Of a stretch of 36,079 bases of DNA, positions 17,538 to 26,862 are shown one piece after another (the stretch's first letter is position 1; every line of letters begins with the position of its first letter). Below the pieces are notes generated by a model. The model had not been told where the DNA came from and ran no database searches. It was given only the letters and a program-made list of their open reading frames with translations. Source of the DNA: Candidatus Binatia bacterium (GTDB lineage: Bacteria; Desulfobacterota; Binatia; Bin18). The stretch is from the NCBI GenBank assembly GCA_963666315.2, contig CAXXHG010000013.1, forward strand, positions 1 to 36,079, in the 5' to 3' direction. A program made the position numbers and the translations under genes.

Positions 17538-19612
17538 TGTGTCTCTCCAATCCGGACGAGCAGATTGCCGTGAACGTCGAGCTGAGTCGAACAATCTGGT
17601 GGCACGACCGTTGTTGAATCGGTCTGGACTATAATTGCCGGACCGGAAAAGGTTTCTCCGACGGGAAGTATCTCACGCCGATAAAACTTCGTCTGCACAC
17701 TTTGCAGTTCATTCTGAATGCGAAAAACAGACTGCTGCGTTTTGATCAGGGCCGCCTGCAGCGATCCACCGCCCGAAGAGGTCACGTGGCTCAGCTTGTG
17801 GGCGCTGCCTATGCCGACCAATCGCAGCGTGACGATTTCTATCGGGCTATCGGGAAAGAAATGTCCATATTCTTGCTCGTGTTGTGCATGGAAACTCTCC
17901 ACAACCTCGTGCAGGTGGGGTGCATCGAGCTGCCCGTCTGGAACGCTGAGACGGAGTTCGTAGCCTTGACCGACATAGCGGGCGTCCGCAAAACGTCGAA
18001 AGCTCACCCCGGACAGGTCTATGCCATCTGCCCCGAATTGGCTTCGCAGTTCGTGTTCCATATCGGCAAAGGCGGTGTTGAGCCGGGCATAGTCAACGTC
18101 GGTCGAGACCTGAAAGGCCGTTCGCAGGGCATCATACTTCACATCTGTGGTGAGTAGTCCCACGGCCGAGGTCATGCCCGGATAGGCAGGGATGATGCAT
18201 TCCGGGATGCCCAACATCTGGGCGACCTGTGCCCCATGCAGCGGGCCCGCACCGCCAAAAGCCACGAGGGTATACTCACGGGGATCAATACCCTTTTGAA
18301 CAGTCCGGGAACGGATAGCATTCGCCATATTGTTGTTCAGGATGGTGACTACGCCTTCTGCGGCTTCAATCTCCGAAAGGCCGAGCCGGTATGCAAGATC
18401 ATGAATAGCCTGCCGGGCGGCAGCTTCGTCTAGAGCCATAGCACCGCCGAGAAAATTGTGGGTATCTAAATGGCCCAGGACGATGTGTGCGTCTGTGACC
18501 GTCGGCTGTACTCCGCCTCTGCCGTAAGCGGCCGGACCCGGCTGCGAGCCCGCACTCTGCGGGCCGACGCGAAAGGCACCGCCCGCGTCAATATAGGCGA
18601 TGCTGCCGCCGCCTGCCCCAATGGTGTGGATATCGATCATAGGAATAAGAACGGGGTAGCCGGCGACCCATGTATCGCGCGCGGTTGCCTCACTGAACTG
18701 GCCATCCGTTACCACCCCGATATCTGCACTCGTCCCGCCGACATCAAACGTGATCAGACGTTTGCGTTGGGAAAGTCCGCCCGTCCACGCCCCGCCTAAT
18801 ACACCGGCCGCAGGCCCGGATAGGAGGATCAGTGCCGGCTTCTCGGCAACAACACTCGGCGTGGCCAATCCGCCGTTTGAGCGTATGATGCGCAACTCGG
18901 CATCTAGGCCAGCGCCACGCAGACGCTGCTCAAGCTGTGAGATATATCCACGTACCAAGGGGCCGATAAAGGCATTGATGGCCGTGGTGGTAAACCGTTC
19001 AAATTCTCTGAACTGGGGCGAAATCGAGGCCGATGTTGTGACAAACGCCTCAGGGTATTCTTCAAGAATGATCTCCCGTGCGCGGTTCTCATGGCTGGCG
19101 TTCAAATAGGAAAACAGAAAACACACCGCAATAGACTCAACCTGCGCCTGCTTGAGTTCCCGCGCGGCTTGTCGGACTGCGTCTTCATCCAGGGGTATCA
19201 GGACCTCTCCACGCGGAGGAATCAGCCGTTCCGGGACGACCTTTCGATGCCGGCGACGGACGAGCGGGCGGTCCTGCCAAGGAATTTCTTGCTGGATCGA
19301 GTAGTGATGCGGGCGTTGGTGGCGGCCAATGTGGATGATGTCCCGATAGCCCTGGGTGGTGACCATGCCGGCCGTCGCACCTTTGTATTCTAAGAGTGCA
19401 TTCGTGGCGATGGTGGTGCCGTGGTAGACCAGGTCAACCGTCGCTGGAGCGATACCCGCTGTGTGACATAGCTCTGTAATGCCGTTCAGAACTCCTATGG
19501 ATGGATCATGTGCGGATGTGGGCAGTTTGTGGATGGCGATTTGATCGGTCTCGGTGTCTACAAACACCACATCCGTGAATGTCCCGCCCACATCGACTCC
19601 TATCAGCCTCAT
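17534..19612 (-). CDS. hyuA: Hydantoinase A/oxoprolinase family ATP-binding subunit (set 1)
   Basis: GVDVGGTFTD, HGTTIATNALLE, SGPAAG, DVGGTSAD, GAGGGSIA, FGGAGPLH, RYVGQGYEL; RBS GGAGGG before ATG 19612. Confidence 0.92.
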   Translation of the reverse strand: MRLIGVDVGGTFTDVVFVDTETDQIAIHKLPTSAHDPSIGVLNGITELCHTAGIAPATVDLVYHGTTIATNALLEYKGATAGMVTTQGYRDIIHIGRHQRPHHYSIQQEIPWQDRPLVRRRHRKVVPERLIPPRGEVLIPLDEDAVRQAARELKQAQVESIAVCFLFSYLNASHENRAREIILEEYPEAFVTTSASISPQFREFERFTTTAINAFIGPLVRGYISQLEQRLRGAGLDAELRIIRSNGGLATPSVVAEKPALILLSGPAAGVLGGAWTGGLSQRKRLITFDVGGTSADIGVVTDGQFSEATARDTWVAGYPVLIPMIDIHTIGAGGGSIAYIDAGGAFRVGPQSAGSQPGPAAYGRGGVQPTVTDAHIVLGHLDTHNFLGGAMALDEAAARQAIHDLAYRLGLSEIEAAEGVVTILNNNMANAIRSRTVQKGIDPREYTLVAFGGAGPLHGAQVAQMLGIPECIIPAYPGMTSAVGLLTTDVKYDALRTAFQVSTDVDYARLNTAFADMEHELRSQFGADGIDLSGVSFRRFADARYVGQGYELRLSVPDGQLDAPHLHEVVESFHAQHEQEYGHFFPDSPIEIVTLRLVGIGSAHKLSHVTSSGGGSLQAALIKTQQSVFRIQNELQSVQTKFYRREILPVGETFSGPAIIVQTDSTTVVPPDCSTQLDVHGNLLVRIGETQ

Positions 19613-19666
19613 GACGCTCCCTCCAACCAGCAACAAGTGGGGCTACTCTAGCGAGTTTGTTCCGCC

Positions 19667-19716
19667 TTGACAAAAGACCGGGCGGTATCGTATGAGACTG
19701 GAATGAACACTCACTC
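19667..19716 (+). promoter_or_regulatory. Sigma70-like promoter and TetR-type operator
   Basis: TTGACA at 19667-19672, weak -10 (TATGAG, 18-bp spacer), then near-palindrome GAATGA-ACAC-TCACTC at 19701-19716. Confidence 0.55.
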
Positions 19717-19767
19717 AGTTTCTGGCGCACATCGGACTCTGGAGACTCAGGAGAAAGGATAGAGCGA

Positions 19768-20529
19768 GTGAAACCGCAGGTCTTACGCAAAAAACGGAAA
19801 CCGACTTCTCAGGTCACGGATGAGAAGCGGCTGCAACAAGGCAAGGATCGTATTGCCTCTGCGGCGATCAGCCTTTTTCTTCTCGACGGCTATCATAACA
19901 CCAGCGTTCGCGAGATTGCACAAAAAGCGGGACTCAGCGTTGGTTCGGTGTTTAATTATTTTATCAGCAAGGAAGAAATTCTCTTCTTTCTCTTGTCCTA
20001 TAGCCAGTCTCGGGCCGAGGGGATGCTGCAAGAACAACGGGCTGAATTCGAGCGATTGAAGCAGGACGAGACCAGTCCTCGGAAACTCTTTTTGTGTGTC
20101 TATGAACGCTATGCCGCTCTGACTGACGAGTTGCGACGCTATGCCGTCCTGGCCTACCAAGAAACGAAGTCGCTCACCAGAACGGAGCGAAAGCGGTTTC
20201 TTGAAGGCGAAGAGAGGATACAGAACTTTTTTGAGGACATCATTGCTCACGGAGTCGAACAGGGCGCTTTTCCGGCTGGAAATATTCACCTGAAAGCACA
20301 TTGTTTACTGGTATTAGCGCAGTCGTGGGCTGTGCGGCACTGGGCGTTAACGAGTTTTACGAAATTGGACGACTACCTCGAACCGCTCAAGACCCTGGCC
20401 GTCAGCATCCTTGAGAGTGAAGCGAGCGAGCTGCAGGGGGTGCCGACACTGGTTGCAACCCAAAAGGTGCAAAGTGTGCGAAAGGTGCAAACTCCAGACC
20501 CTATCTCGCTGCCAAGAAGGATGGCTTAG
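19768..20529 (+). CDS. TetR/AcrR family transcriptional regulator
   Basis: GYHNTSVREIAQKAGLSVGSVFNYFISKEEIL HTH; C-terminal QSWAVRHW. Confidence 0.9.
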   Translation: MKPQVLRKKRKPTSQVTDEKRLQQGKDRIASAAISLFLLDGYHNTSVREIAQKAGLSVGSVFNYFISKEEILFFLLSYSQSRAEGMLQEQRAEFERLKQDETSPRKLFLCVYERYAALTDELRRYAVLAYQETKSLTRTERKRFLEGEERIQNFFEDIIAHGVEQGAFPAGNIHLKAHCLLVLAQSWAVRHWALTSFTKLDDYLEPLKTLAVSILESEASELQGVPTLVATQKVQSVRKVQTPDPISLPRRMA

Positions 20530-20619
20530 AGAGAGGGCAGACCGATTGTGATGCATCTTAGGTCTTCCTGACCATCTCCACACTGCACGTAGCTGGGCTG
20601 TGTGGAGACCTCGGGGAAC

Positions 20620-20661
20620 CCCCAGGAAGGAGGGGGGGTCGAGAGGCCGTCCTTCCTGGGG
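20620..20661. other. Intergenic stem-loop with GAGA tetraloop
   Basis: CCCCAGGAAGGA pairs perfectly with TCCTTCCTGGGG; inner GGTC-GAGA-GGCC. Confidence 0.6.
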
Positions 20662-20689
20662 AATAGGTTATGGGTGCGATGGGGAGAGC

Positions 20690-21937
20690 ATGGACGGCTT
20701 TCTGTTCGATGTAAAAGTCCTAGAACTTGCAGAGGAACAGGGGGAATTCTGCGGTAAACTGCTCGCAGGAGCGGGAGCCGATGTTCTTAAAATTGAGCCG
20801 CCGGGTGGACAAGCAACTCGGCGGATCGGCCCCTTTTGTCATGACGAGGAACAGCCTGACCGTAGCCTCTACTTCTGGCACTACAACTTCGGCAAGCGGG
20901 GTGCCACGCTCGATATTCAGACACCAACCGGCGCACAATTACTCAAAAAGCTCATTGTCGAAACAGACGTCCTGCTTGATGCACAGCCTGGCGAGACGCT
21001 CGAAAAGCTCGGCCTTGATTGGCAAGCCCTGCGGCAACTCAACCCGCGTCTGATCTATGTCAGTCTGCCTGCCTTTGGTCGGAGCGGGCCCTGGCGTGAC
21101 TATAAAGCCAACGACCTGGTCCACTTGGCGCTGGGTGGGCAAATGATGTGCTGTGGCTATAATCCAAAAGACGATGGATCGTACGACACGCCGCCCATCG
21201 CGCCGCAGATGTGGCACGCCTATCACATTGCTGGCAACCAGGCGTTTATTGCCACTGTGGGGGCATTGATCGGCCGGGAAACGACCGGCATTGGAGACAT
21301 GATCGAGGTACCCATACACCAAGCGGTGAGCGTTTGCACCGAGATCGATGTGCCGTATTGGATTTATAATCGGACGCCGTGTTATCGTCAGACCGGGCGT
21401 CACGCCCAGCCTGCGGTCGGTCCTGAAGTACAGTTTCCGACCAAGGACGACCGTTATGCCATCATTTTGCCGAACCCGTTTCCTGGCGGGTATGAAACCT
21501 TGGTCGACTTTTTGGATAGTAAAGGCCAGGCGGGTGATCTGACCCAGGAGAAATACGCCGACCCTGCAAATCGCAAGGGACGGGCCTTTGCCGAACATTT
21601 TTCCGACGTCCAAGCCGAATGTGTGGCAGCATTTGGCATGGAAGAAATCTGGCATGAGGCCCAGGAACGGAGCATCCCGTGGTCACCGATTCGACGCCCG
21701 GAAGAAAACGCTGAGGATGAGCAGTGGCAAGCCCGGGCAACTTTTACTAAGGTTCAACACCCCGAACTGGACGAGTCTTTTACCTATACCGGGGCTCCGA
21801 TGTTAGCGCATGAATGTGCGTGGCGAGAAGGACCGCGTGCGCCGTTGATCGGCGAGCATAATAAAGACGTATTTTGCGGTCAGCTCGGCCTGAGCCCAGA
21901 AGAGTTGGGAGCCCTCAAAGAAAAGGGCATTATTTAG
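20690..21937 (+). CDS. Family III CoA-transferase (CaiB/BaiF), BbsE-like subunit
   Basis: GADVLKIEPPGG, NFGKRGATLD, NPRLIYVS, FGRSGP, APLIGEHN; RBS GGGGAG before ATG 20690. Confidence 0.88.
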   Translation: MDGFLFDVKVLELAEEQGEFCGKLLAGAGADVLKIEPPGGQATRRIGPFCHDEEQPDRSLYFWHYNFGKRGATLDIQTPTGAQLLKKLIVETDVLLDAQPGETLEKLGLDWQALRQLNPRLIYVSLPAFGRSGPWRDYKANDLVHLALGGQMMCCGYNPKDDGSYDTPPIAPQMWHAYHIAGNQAFIATVGALIGRETTGIGDMIEVPIHQAVSVCTEIDVPYWIYNRTPCYRQTGRHAQPAVGPEVQFPTKDDRYAIILPNPFPGGYETLVDFLDSKGQAGDLTQEKYADPANRKGRAFAEHFSDVQAECVAAFGMEEIWHEAQERSIPWSPIRRPEENAEDEQWQARATFTKVQHPELDESFTYTGAPMLAHECAWREGPRAPLIGEHNKDVFCGQLGLSPEELGALKEKGII

Positions 21938-21939
21938 AC

Positions 21940-21967
21940 GTAGGGACAATGCCTGCATTGCCCCCAC
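21940..21967. repeat. GTAG-type REP, degenerate
   Basis: GTAGGGACAATGC-CT-GCATTGCCCCCAC imperfect palindrome. Confidence 0.65.
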
Positions 21968-21985
21968 GGAAGTCGCGAGGAAAAT

Positions 21986-23275
21986 GTGAGACCACTCGAA
22001 GGCGTTCGGATTGCTGATCTCACCTGGTTGCTGGCTGGAGCTGGTGGGCCGCGCCTGTTAGCCAGTCTCGGCGCTGAAGTGGTCCGCGTGGAATGGCGTG
22101 ATCGACTCGACTTCCTGCGCTATATGCCGCCTTTTGCGCCAGGCCAAAAGGGGCAGACGGAAAAAGCGGCGGCAATGGATCTCACCGGCCTCGACAAGGA
22201 CAAAGTCCAGAGCGTTAATCGCGGCGGCTATTTCAACGACATTAACGCCGGCAAGCGTGGCATCAGTCTCAATATGAAGGACCCCAAGGGGCGAGAGCTG
22301 TTTAAACAGCTCGTTGCGGTCAGTGATGTTGTGGTTGAAGCGTTTACTGCGGAGACGATGCGCAAATGGGGCCTGGGTTACGACACCCTCAAAGCCATCA
22401 AACCCGATATCATTTATGTTCAGCAACCTGGCTGGGGATACACAGGCCCATATGTGAAATACGCCTCGTATGGGCCGATTGCCCAGGCGGTGAGTGGTTT
22501 AACGGAACAGTCCGGCCTGCCGGCGCCACATCCGCCCGCAGGCTGGGGCTTCTCGTATATGGATTGGAGCGGCGCGTATTACTGCGCCATGACTATATTG
22601 ATGGCTGTGTATTATAAGAAACGCACCGGTCGTGGGCAGTATATTGATTGCTCGCAGGTCGAGCCCGGCATTGGCATGACGGGAACCGCCGTCTTAGATC
22701 ACGGCGTCAACGGTCGGCACTCCCAACGCACGGGCAATCGTTCGCCGTATATACCCGCAGCGCCACACGGGGCGTATCCCTGCGCTGGGGACGATCGCTG
22801 GATCGCCATAGCCGTGGCCTCAGCAGAAGAGTGGCAAGCCTTGGTGCGGGAGATGGGCAACCCGGACTGGGCCGAGCGAGAACAATTCACGACGCTGGCG
22901 GATCGAGTCAAACACCAAGACGAACTAGACCGTCTCGTCGGCGCATGGACTAGAGATAAAGACCCGTTTGCGCTGCAAGAGCGCTTGCAGGCGGTTGGTG
23001 TACCCGCAGGGGTATGCCAGACTGCCCAGGATCGCATTGAACGCGATCCACAGCTCAAGCATCTGAACTGGCTCATCCCCTTAGCGCATACTGAGATCGG
23101 CACCTGGCCGGTGAAGGACATTCCTTTTCATTTTACGAATGCCACGGTCAACCAAGGCGGGCCGACTGAGCGCGCCGCACCGTGTTACGCGGAAGATAAC
23201 GACTATGTGTATAAGGAATTATTGGGGTTAACCCAAGCTGAAATGGATGCGTTTGAGAAAGAAGGGGTCATTTAA
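21986..23275 (+). CDS. Family III CoA-transferase (CaiB/BaiF), BbsF-like subunit
   Basis: PLEGVRIADLT, LGAEVVRVE, NAGKRGISLN, putative catalytic Asp in SYMDWSGA, RTGRGQYID, APHGAYPC. Confidence 0.9.
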   Translation: MRPLEGVRIADLTWLLAGAGGPRLLASLGAEVVRVEWRDRLDFLRYMPPFAPGQKGQTEKAAAMDLTGLDKDKVQSVNRGGYFNDINAGKRGISLNMKDPKGRELFKQLVAVSDVVVEAFTAETMRKWGLGYDTLKAIKPDIIYVQQPGWGYTGPYVKYASYGPIAQAVSGLTEQSGLPAPHPPAGWGFSYMDWSGAYYCAMTILMAVYYKKRTGRGQYIDCSQVEPGIGMTGTAVLDHGVNGRHSQRTGNRSPYIPAAPHGAYPCAGDDRWIAIAVASAEEWQALVREMGNPDWAEREQFTTLADRVKHQDELDRLVGAWTRDKDPFALQERLQAVGVPAGVCQTAQDRIERDPQLKHLNWLIPLAHTEIGTWPVKDIPFHFTNATVNQGGPTERAAPCYAEDNDYVYKELLGLTQAEMDAFEKEGVI

Positions 23276-23279
23276 AAGA

Positions 23280-23370
23280 GGGATTGGGGATTAGAAGGAG
23301 GGCCTAGGGATTAGGGGCTAGGGGTAGGAAAAGAAGAAGCTGATCCCTAATCTCCAACACCTAGCCCCCA
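23280..23370. repeat. G-rich heptamer tandem repeats with an inverted C-rich block
   Basis: GGGATTG GGGATTA GAAGGAG GGCCTAG GGATTAG GGGCTAG GGGTAGG, then TCCCTAA TCTCCAA CACCTAG CCCCCA. Confidence 0.7.
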
Positions 23371-23408
23371 GAGTCAAAACGTTGTCGGAGCCAAAAGGAG
23401 GGTAAGTC

Positions 23409-25100
23409 ATGGCGTATGATCTATTGATTAAAAATGGGACCGTTGTGGATGGAACAGGTGCGGCGCGCTATCGGGCGGATATTGCGATTGTCGATGGTAA
23501 AATTACCCAGGTTGAGAAAAATGGAAAAATGACGGATGGAGCTAAGAAGGTCGTGGATGCCTCCGATCTGATTGTTGCTCCTGGATTTGTTGATCCGCAT
23601 ACCCATTATGACGCCCAGATTTGTTGGGATCCGCTTATTACGTCCTCGTCCTGGCACGGCGTCACCAGCCTGGTCATGGGCAACTGCGGCGTGGGACTTG
23701 CCCCGTGTAAACCCGAAACGCACGACATCGCGGCCTGGGATCTGGTGAATGTCGAAGCCATTCCGTTTGAGGTGTTGGGCAAGGGCGTGACCTGGGATTG
23801 GGAAACCTTCCCCGAATATATGGACGCGGCAGACAAGCGCGGCAGTGGGATCAACATCGGCTTCATGGCCGCACTCACCCCGTTTCGGCATTTTGTGATG
23901 GGTGAAGAGTCGATGGAGCGGTCGGCCACAGTCGAGGAAACTGCCCAAATCAAGGCCCTGATTAAAGAAGCCGTGGCCGCGGGTGCCTTTGGTTTCTCAA
24001 CCACGAACGTCGCGCAGCATATTGGCTACAAAGGCCGTCCGATTGCCTGCCGCAATGCCAGCCGGGACGAACTCAAGGCATACTGCAACGCGCTCAAAGA
24101 GTTGGGCAAAGGCAGTATTGAACTTGCGTTGACAAATAGCGTCTCCATTGTTGACGAAACAGAGCATGCCTTATTAGACCTGCTGCTGACCGAAAGCGGC
24201 CGCCAGGTGACTTGGCTGGCGCTGCTGAACCGGGATGATCAGCCTGAGGCGGCCCTGAATACGCTTCGCACGATTGAGCCTCTGTTTAAGAAGGGGGCGA
24301 TTCCGCAGGTAACCTGCCGTCCGCTCATTATCCAGATTGATCTGCGCAAACCGTTTATTTTCGCCAACCTGCCGTGCTGGAAGCCGGCGTTTGATCAGCC
24401 GGTTGAGAAACAGCAGGAATTTTATCGGGGTGAGTCTTTCCGGGCGGAATTCCGCAAGGAGATGGAATCGCCCAAGGTCTTTTCGGGCAAGTGGGAACGC
24501 GCCATTGTTCACGAGGTCGGAAATCCTGCCCTGCAGTCCTTGATCGGCAAGAGCGTGGCCGATGTTGCCACAGAGCGCGGAAAAGACGGACTCGATACGT
24601 TCTTGGATCTGTGCGTCGAAGACGATCTGCAACTGCAGTACACGTATGAGCTCTTCAATGCCGACGAAGACCGTATTCCTGAACTGATTACGCACGACCA
24701 GGTGATGGTCGGCTTGTCGGACGGCGGAGCCCACGTGGATATGCTGTGTGACGCGGGCTATTGCACCTATCTGCTCGGTACCTGGGTGCGTGACAGACAG
24801 GTGCTGAGTCTCGAACATGCGGTCAAACGCATTACCTCCGAGCCCGCTGCGTTCTATGGTATGACCACGCGCGGAAAGATCCAAACGGGTATGGCGGCTG
24901 ATTTCGCGATTTTTGACTACAACACGGTTGGTTCGGCTCGGCGCGGAGAAATGCGCGCAGACCTGCCGGGTGGCGGCCGGCGCTTAGTCATGCCAGCCCA
25001 AGGCGTGCGTTACACCATCGTGAACGGCGAGGTGCTGTATGACGATGGTAAGCATACCGGCGCCATGCCGGGCCAAGTATTACGCTCGGGTCAGGCGTAA
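23409..25100 (+). CDS. Amidohydrolase, N-acyl-D-amino-acid deacylase family (paralogue 2)
   Basis: PGFVDPHTHYD, GNCG, SDGGAH; colinear with 9035..10720; RBS AAGGAGG. Confidence 0.9.
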   Translation: MAYDLLIKNGTVVDGTGAARYRADIAIVDGKITQVEKNGKMTDGAKKVVDASDLIVAPGFVDPHTHYDAQICWDPLITSSSWHGVTSLVMGNCGVGLAPCKPETHDIAAWDLVNVEAIPFEVLGKGVTWDWETFPEYMDAADKRGSGINIGFMAALTPFRHFVMGEESMERSATVEETAQIKALIKEAVAAGAFGFSTTNVAQHIGYKGRPIACRNASRDELKAYCNALKELGKGSIELALTNSVSIVDETEHALLDLLLTESGRQVTWLALLNRDDQPEAALNTLRTIEPLFKKGAIPQVTCRPLIIQIDLRKPFIFANLPCWKPAFDQPVEKQQEFYRGESFRAEFRKEMESPKVFSGKWERAIVHEVGNPALQSLIGKSVADVATERGKDGLDTFLDLCVEDDLQLQYTYELFNADEDRIPELITHDQVMVGLSDGGAHVDMLCDAGYCTYLLGTWVRDRQVLSLEHAVKRITSEPAAFYGMTTRGKIQTGMAADFAIFDYNTVGSARRGEMRADLPGGGRRLVMPAQGVRYTIVNGEVLYDDGKHTGAMPGQVLRSGQA

Positions 25101-25137
25101 CCGGCCGCGTTGCTCACTGCAGCGTAAGAGACAACGA

Positions 25138-25170
25138 GAGGGGCGGTTCGTGAACCGCCCCTCCCTTTTT
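25138..25170 (+). terminator. REP-like hairpin with T-tract, probable intrinsic terminator
   Basis: GAGGGGCGGTTC-GT-GAACCGCCCCTC followed by CCTTTTT. Confidence 0.65.
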
Positions 25171-25188
25171 GCATAGGAGGTGAGCCCG

Positions 25189-25635
25189 ATGTTAGAAAAG
25201 CTTTTCCACGTCAATATCTGTGTCCGGGATATGGAGCGGTCTATCGGCTTTTATGAACAGCTTGGTTTTAATAAGGTGAACGACTTTACGCTTGACGATC
25301 CGAGCATAGGTGCTGCGCTGGGACTCGATGCGCGTAAACTGCGCGGCGTGTTTATGCGCCTGGGCGATGATGCCAGTGCGCCCGTGCTCGACCTGGTCCA
25401 GTTTATTGACCCGCCTCCACAGGGCGAACCCTACTCTTCACTCAATAATATCGGCATTTGCCGTATCGCATTCACCGTGGACGATATCGACAAGACCTAC
25501 GCCGATCTGCAGAAGATGGATGTTCAGTTTGTCGCTCCGCTTCACAAAATAAAGGGACCGGATGGCGCAGAAATCGGCGTGGTGTGCTTCAAAGACCCAG
25601 ACGGAACGATTCTCGAATTGATTAGCGGCATGTAG
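25189..25635 (+). CDS. VOC/glyoxalase family protein
   Basis: HVNICVRDMERSIGFY, RIAFTVDDID, FKDPDGTILEL; AGGAGG 8 nt before ATG 25189. Confidence 0.88.
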   Translation: MLEKLFHVNICVRDMERSIGFYEQLGFNKVNDFTLDDPSIGAALGLDARKLRGVFMRLGDDASAPVLDLVQFIDPPPQGEPYSSLNNIGICRIAFTVDDIDKTYADLQKMDVQFVAPLHKIKGPDGAEIGVVCFKDPDGTILELISGM

Positions 25636-25663
25636 GTCGGGCGTTGAACGTTCAAACTGCCGT

Positions 25664-25709
25664 GTAGGGGCAGGGTCACCCTGTCCGGGCGAGGTAACCT
25701 CGCCCCTAC
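25664..25709. repeat. GTAG-type REP doublet
   Basis: GTAGGGGCAGGGTCACCCTGTCC-GGGCGAGGTAACCTCGCCCCTAC: two hairpins bounded by GTAG and CTAC. Confidence 0.75.
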
Positions 25710-25725
25710 GTGAGGGAAAGCGAAC

Positions 25726-26823
25726 ATGCCAACGAACCAGAATTCTAGTGGTCCGGTTAATCCCGTAGACCCCGAAAAACTCAAAGCCAGCGGTCAAAAA
25801 GTCTTTGGTCTGCTGAGCGGCGCGTTGATTTCGGCCATGATTCATCTCGGAGACAAACTCGGTCTGTATCGGGCGCTGAACGGGGCAGGCGCCCTCAGCA
25901 GTGCAGAACTGGCACAAAAGACGGGCCTGCACGAACGCTGGGTCCGAGAGTGGCTGCGCGGTCAGGCTGCGGCACAACTGCTCGACTACCAAGAGGAGCG
26001 TTTTGAGCTCTCGGCAGAGATGGCTATGGTGTTGGCCGATGAGGACAGTCCTAAGTTTGCCGCGGGGATTTTCGGTGACCTGCCGCAACGCATGGCCATA
26101 CTCAAGAAACTGCCCGAAGCGTTTAAAACGGGCCTGGGTTTACCGTACGATGCGCGTGGACCTGAGGGGGCGCAGGGCATCGAGCGCGTATTTGCGCCTT
26201 GGTATCGTCACGCGCTCGTTCCGGTCGTACTGCCACAACTTGAGGGTGTTGTTGAGAAGCTCCAGGCTGGAGCGAAAGTCGCAGATGTGGGCTGTGGTGC
26301 CGGCGTCGCGCTGATTGAAATGGCCAAGACGTATCCTCACGCAAACTTTCACGGCTACGATATCTCCCAATACGCGCTTTCCCGGGCACAGGCGAATAAA
26401 GAGCGGGCTGGGCTGACGAATATATTCTTGCACGACGCGAGTCAGGACGGACTTCCGTCTGATGCAAGTTTCGATTTTGTCACCACATTCGACTGCATCC
26501 ATGATATGGCGCATCCGGCTGCAATGATTCAGGCTATTCGAACGGCGCTCAAGCCGGACGGCACCTGGCTGATCGCGGATATTAAAAGTGCCCCGACGTT
26601 TGAAGAAAATCTCGAGAAGAATCCCATGACGGGTCTGATGTACGCCTTTTCGGTGATGGGCTGCATGTCTTCCGCGCTGTCTGAACCAGGCGGCGCCGGC
26701 CTTGGGACCTTGGGGTTTAATGAGCAGGTTGCGCGGGCCATGACGGCTGAGGTGGGCTTCAGCCGCTTTACCCGGCACGATTTCGATAACCCGTTTAACG
26801 CCTACTACGAAGTGCGGGTATAA
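25726..26823 (+). CDS. SAM-dependent methyltransferase with N-terminal winged helix (Rv2258c-like)
   Basis: GDKLGLYRAL, ELAQKTGLHERWVREWL, VADVGCGAG, FDCIHDM, LKPDG, NAYYE. Confidence 0.88.
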   Translation: MPTNQNSSGPVNPVDPEKLKASGQKVFGLLSGALISAMIHLGDKLGLYRALNGAGALSSAELAQKTGLHERWVREWLRGQAAAQLLDYQEERFELSAEMAMVLADEDSPKFAAGIFGDLPQRMAILKKLPEAFKTGLGLPYDARGPEGAQGIERVFAPWYRHALVPVVLPQLEGVVEKLQAGAKVADVGCGAGVALIEMAKTYPHANFHGYDISQYALSRAQANKERAGLTNIFLHDASQDGLPSDASFDFVTTFDCIHDMAHPAAMIQAIRTALKPDGTWLIADIKSAPTFEENLEKNPMTGLMYAFSVMGCMSSALSEPGGAGLGTLGFNEQVARAMTAEVGFSRFTRHDFDNPFNAYYEVRV

Positions 26824-26862
26824 AAGAGTAGCTGCCACCCAGCCTAGAGTCTGGAGGGAGTG

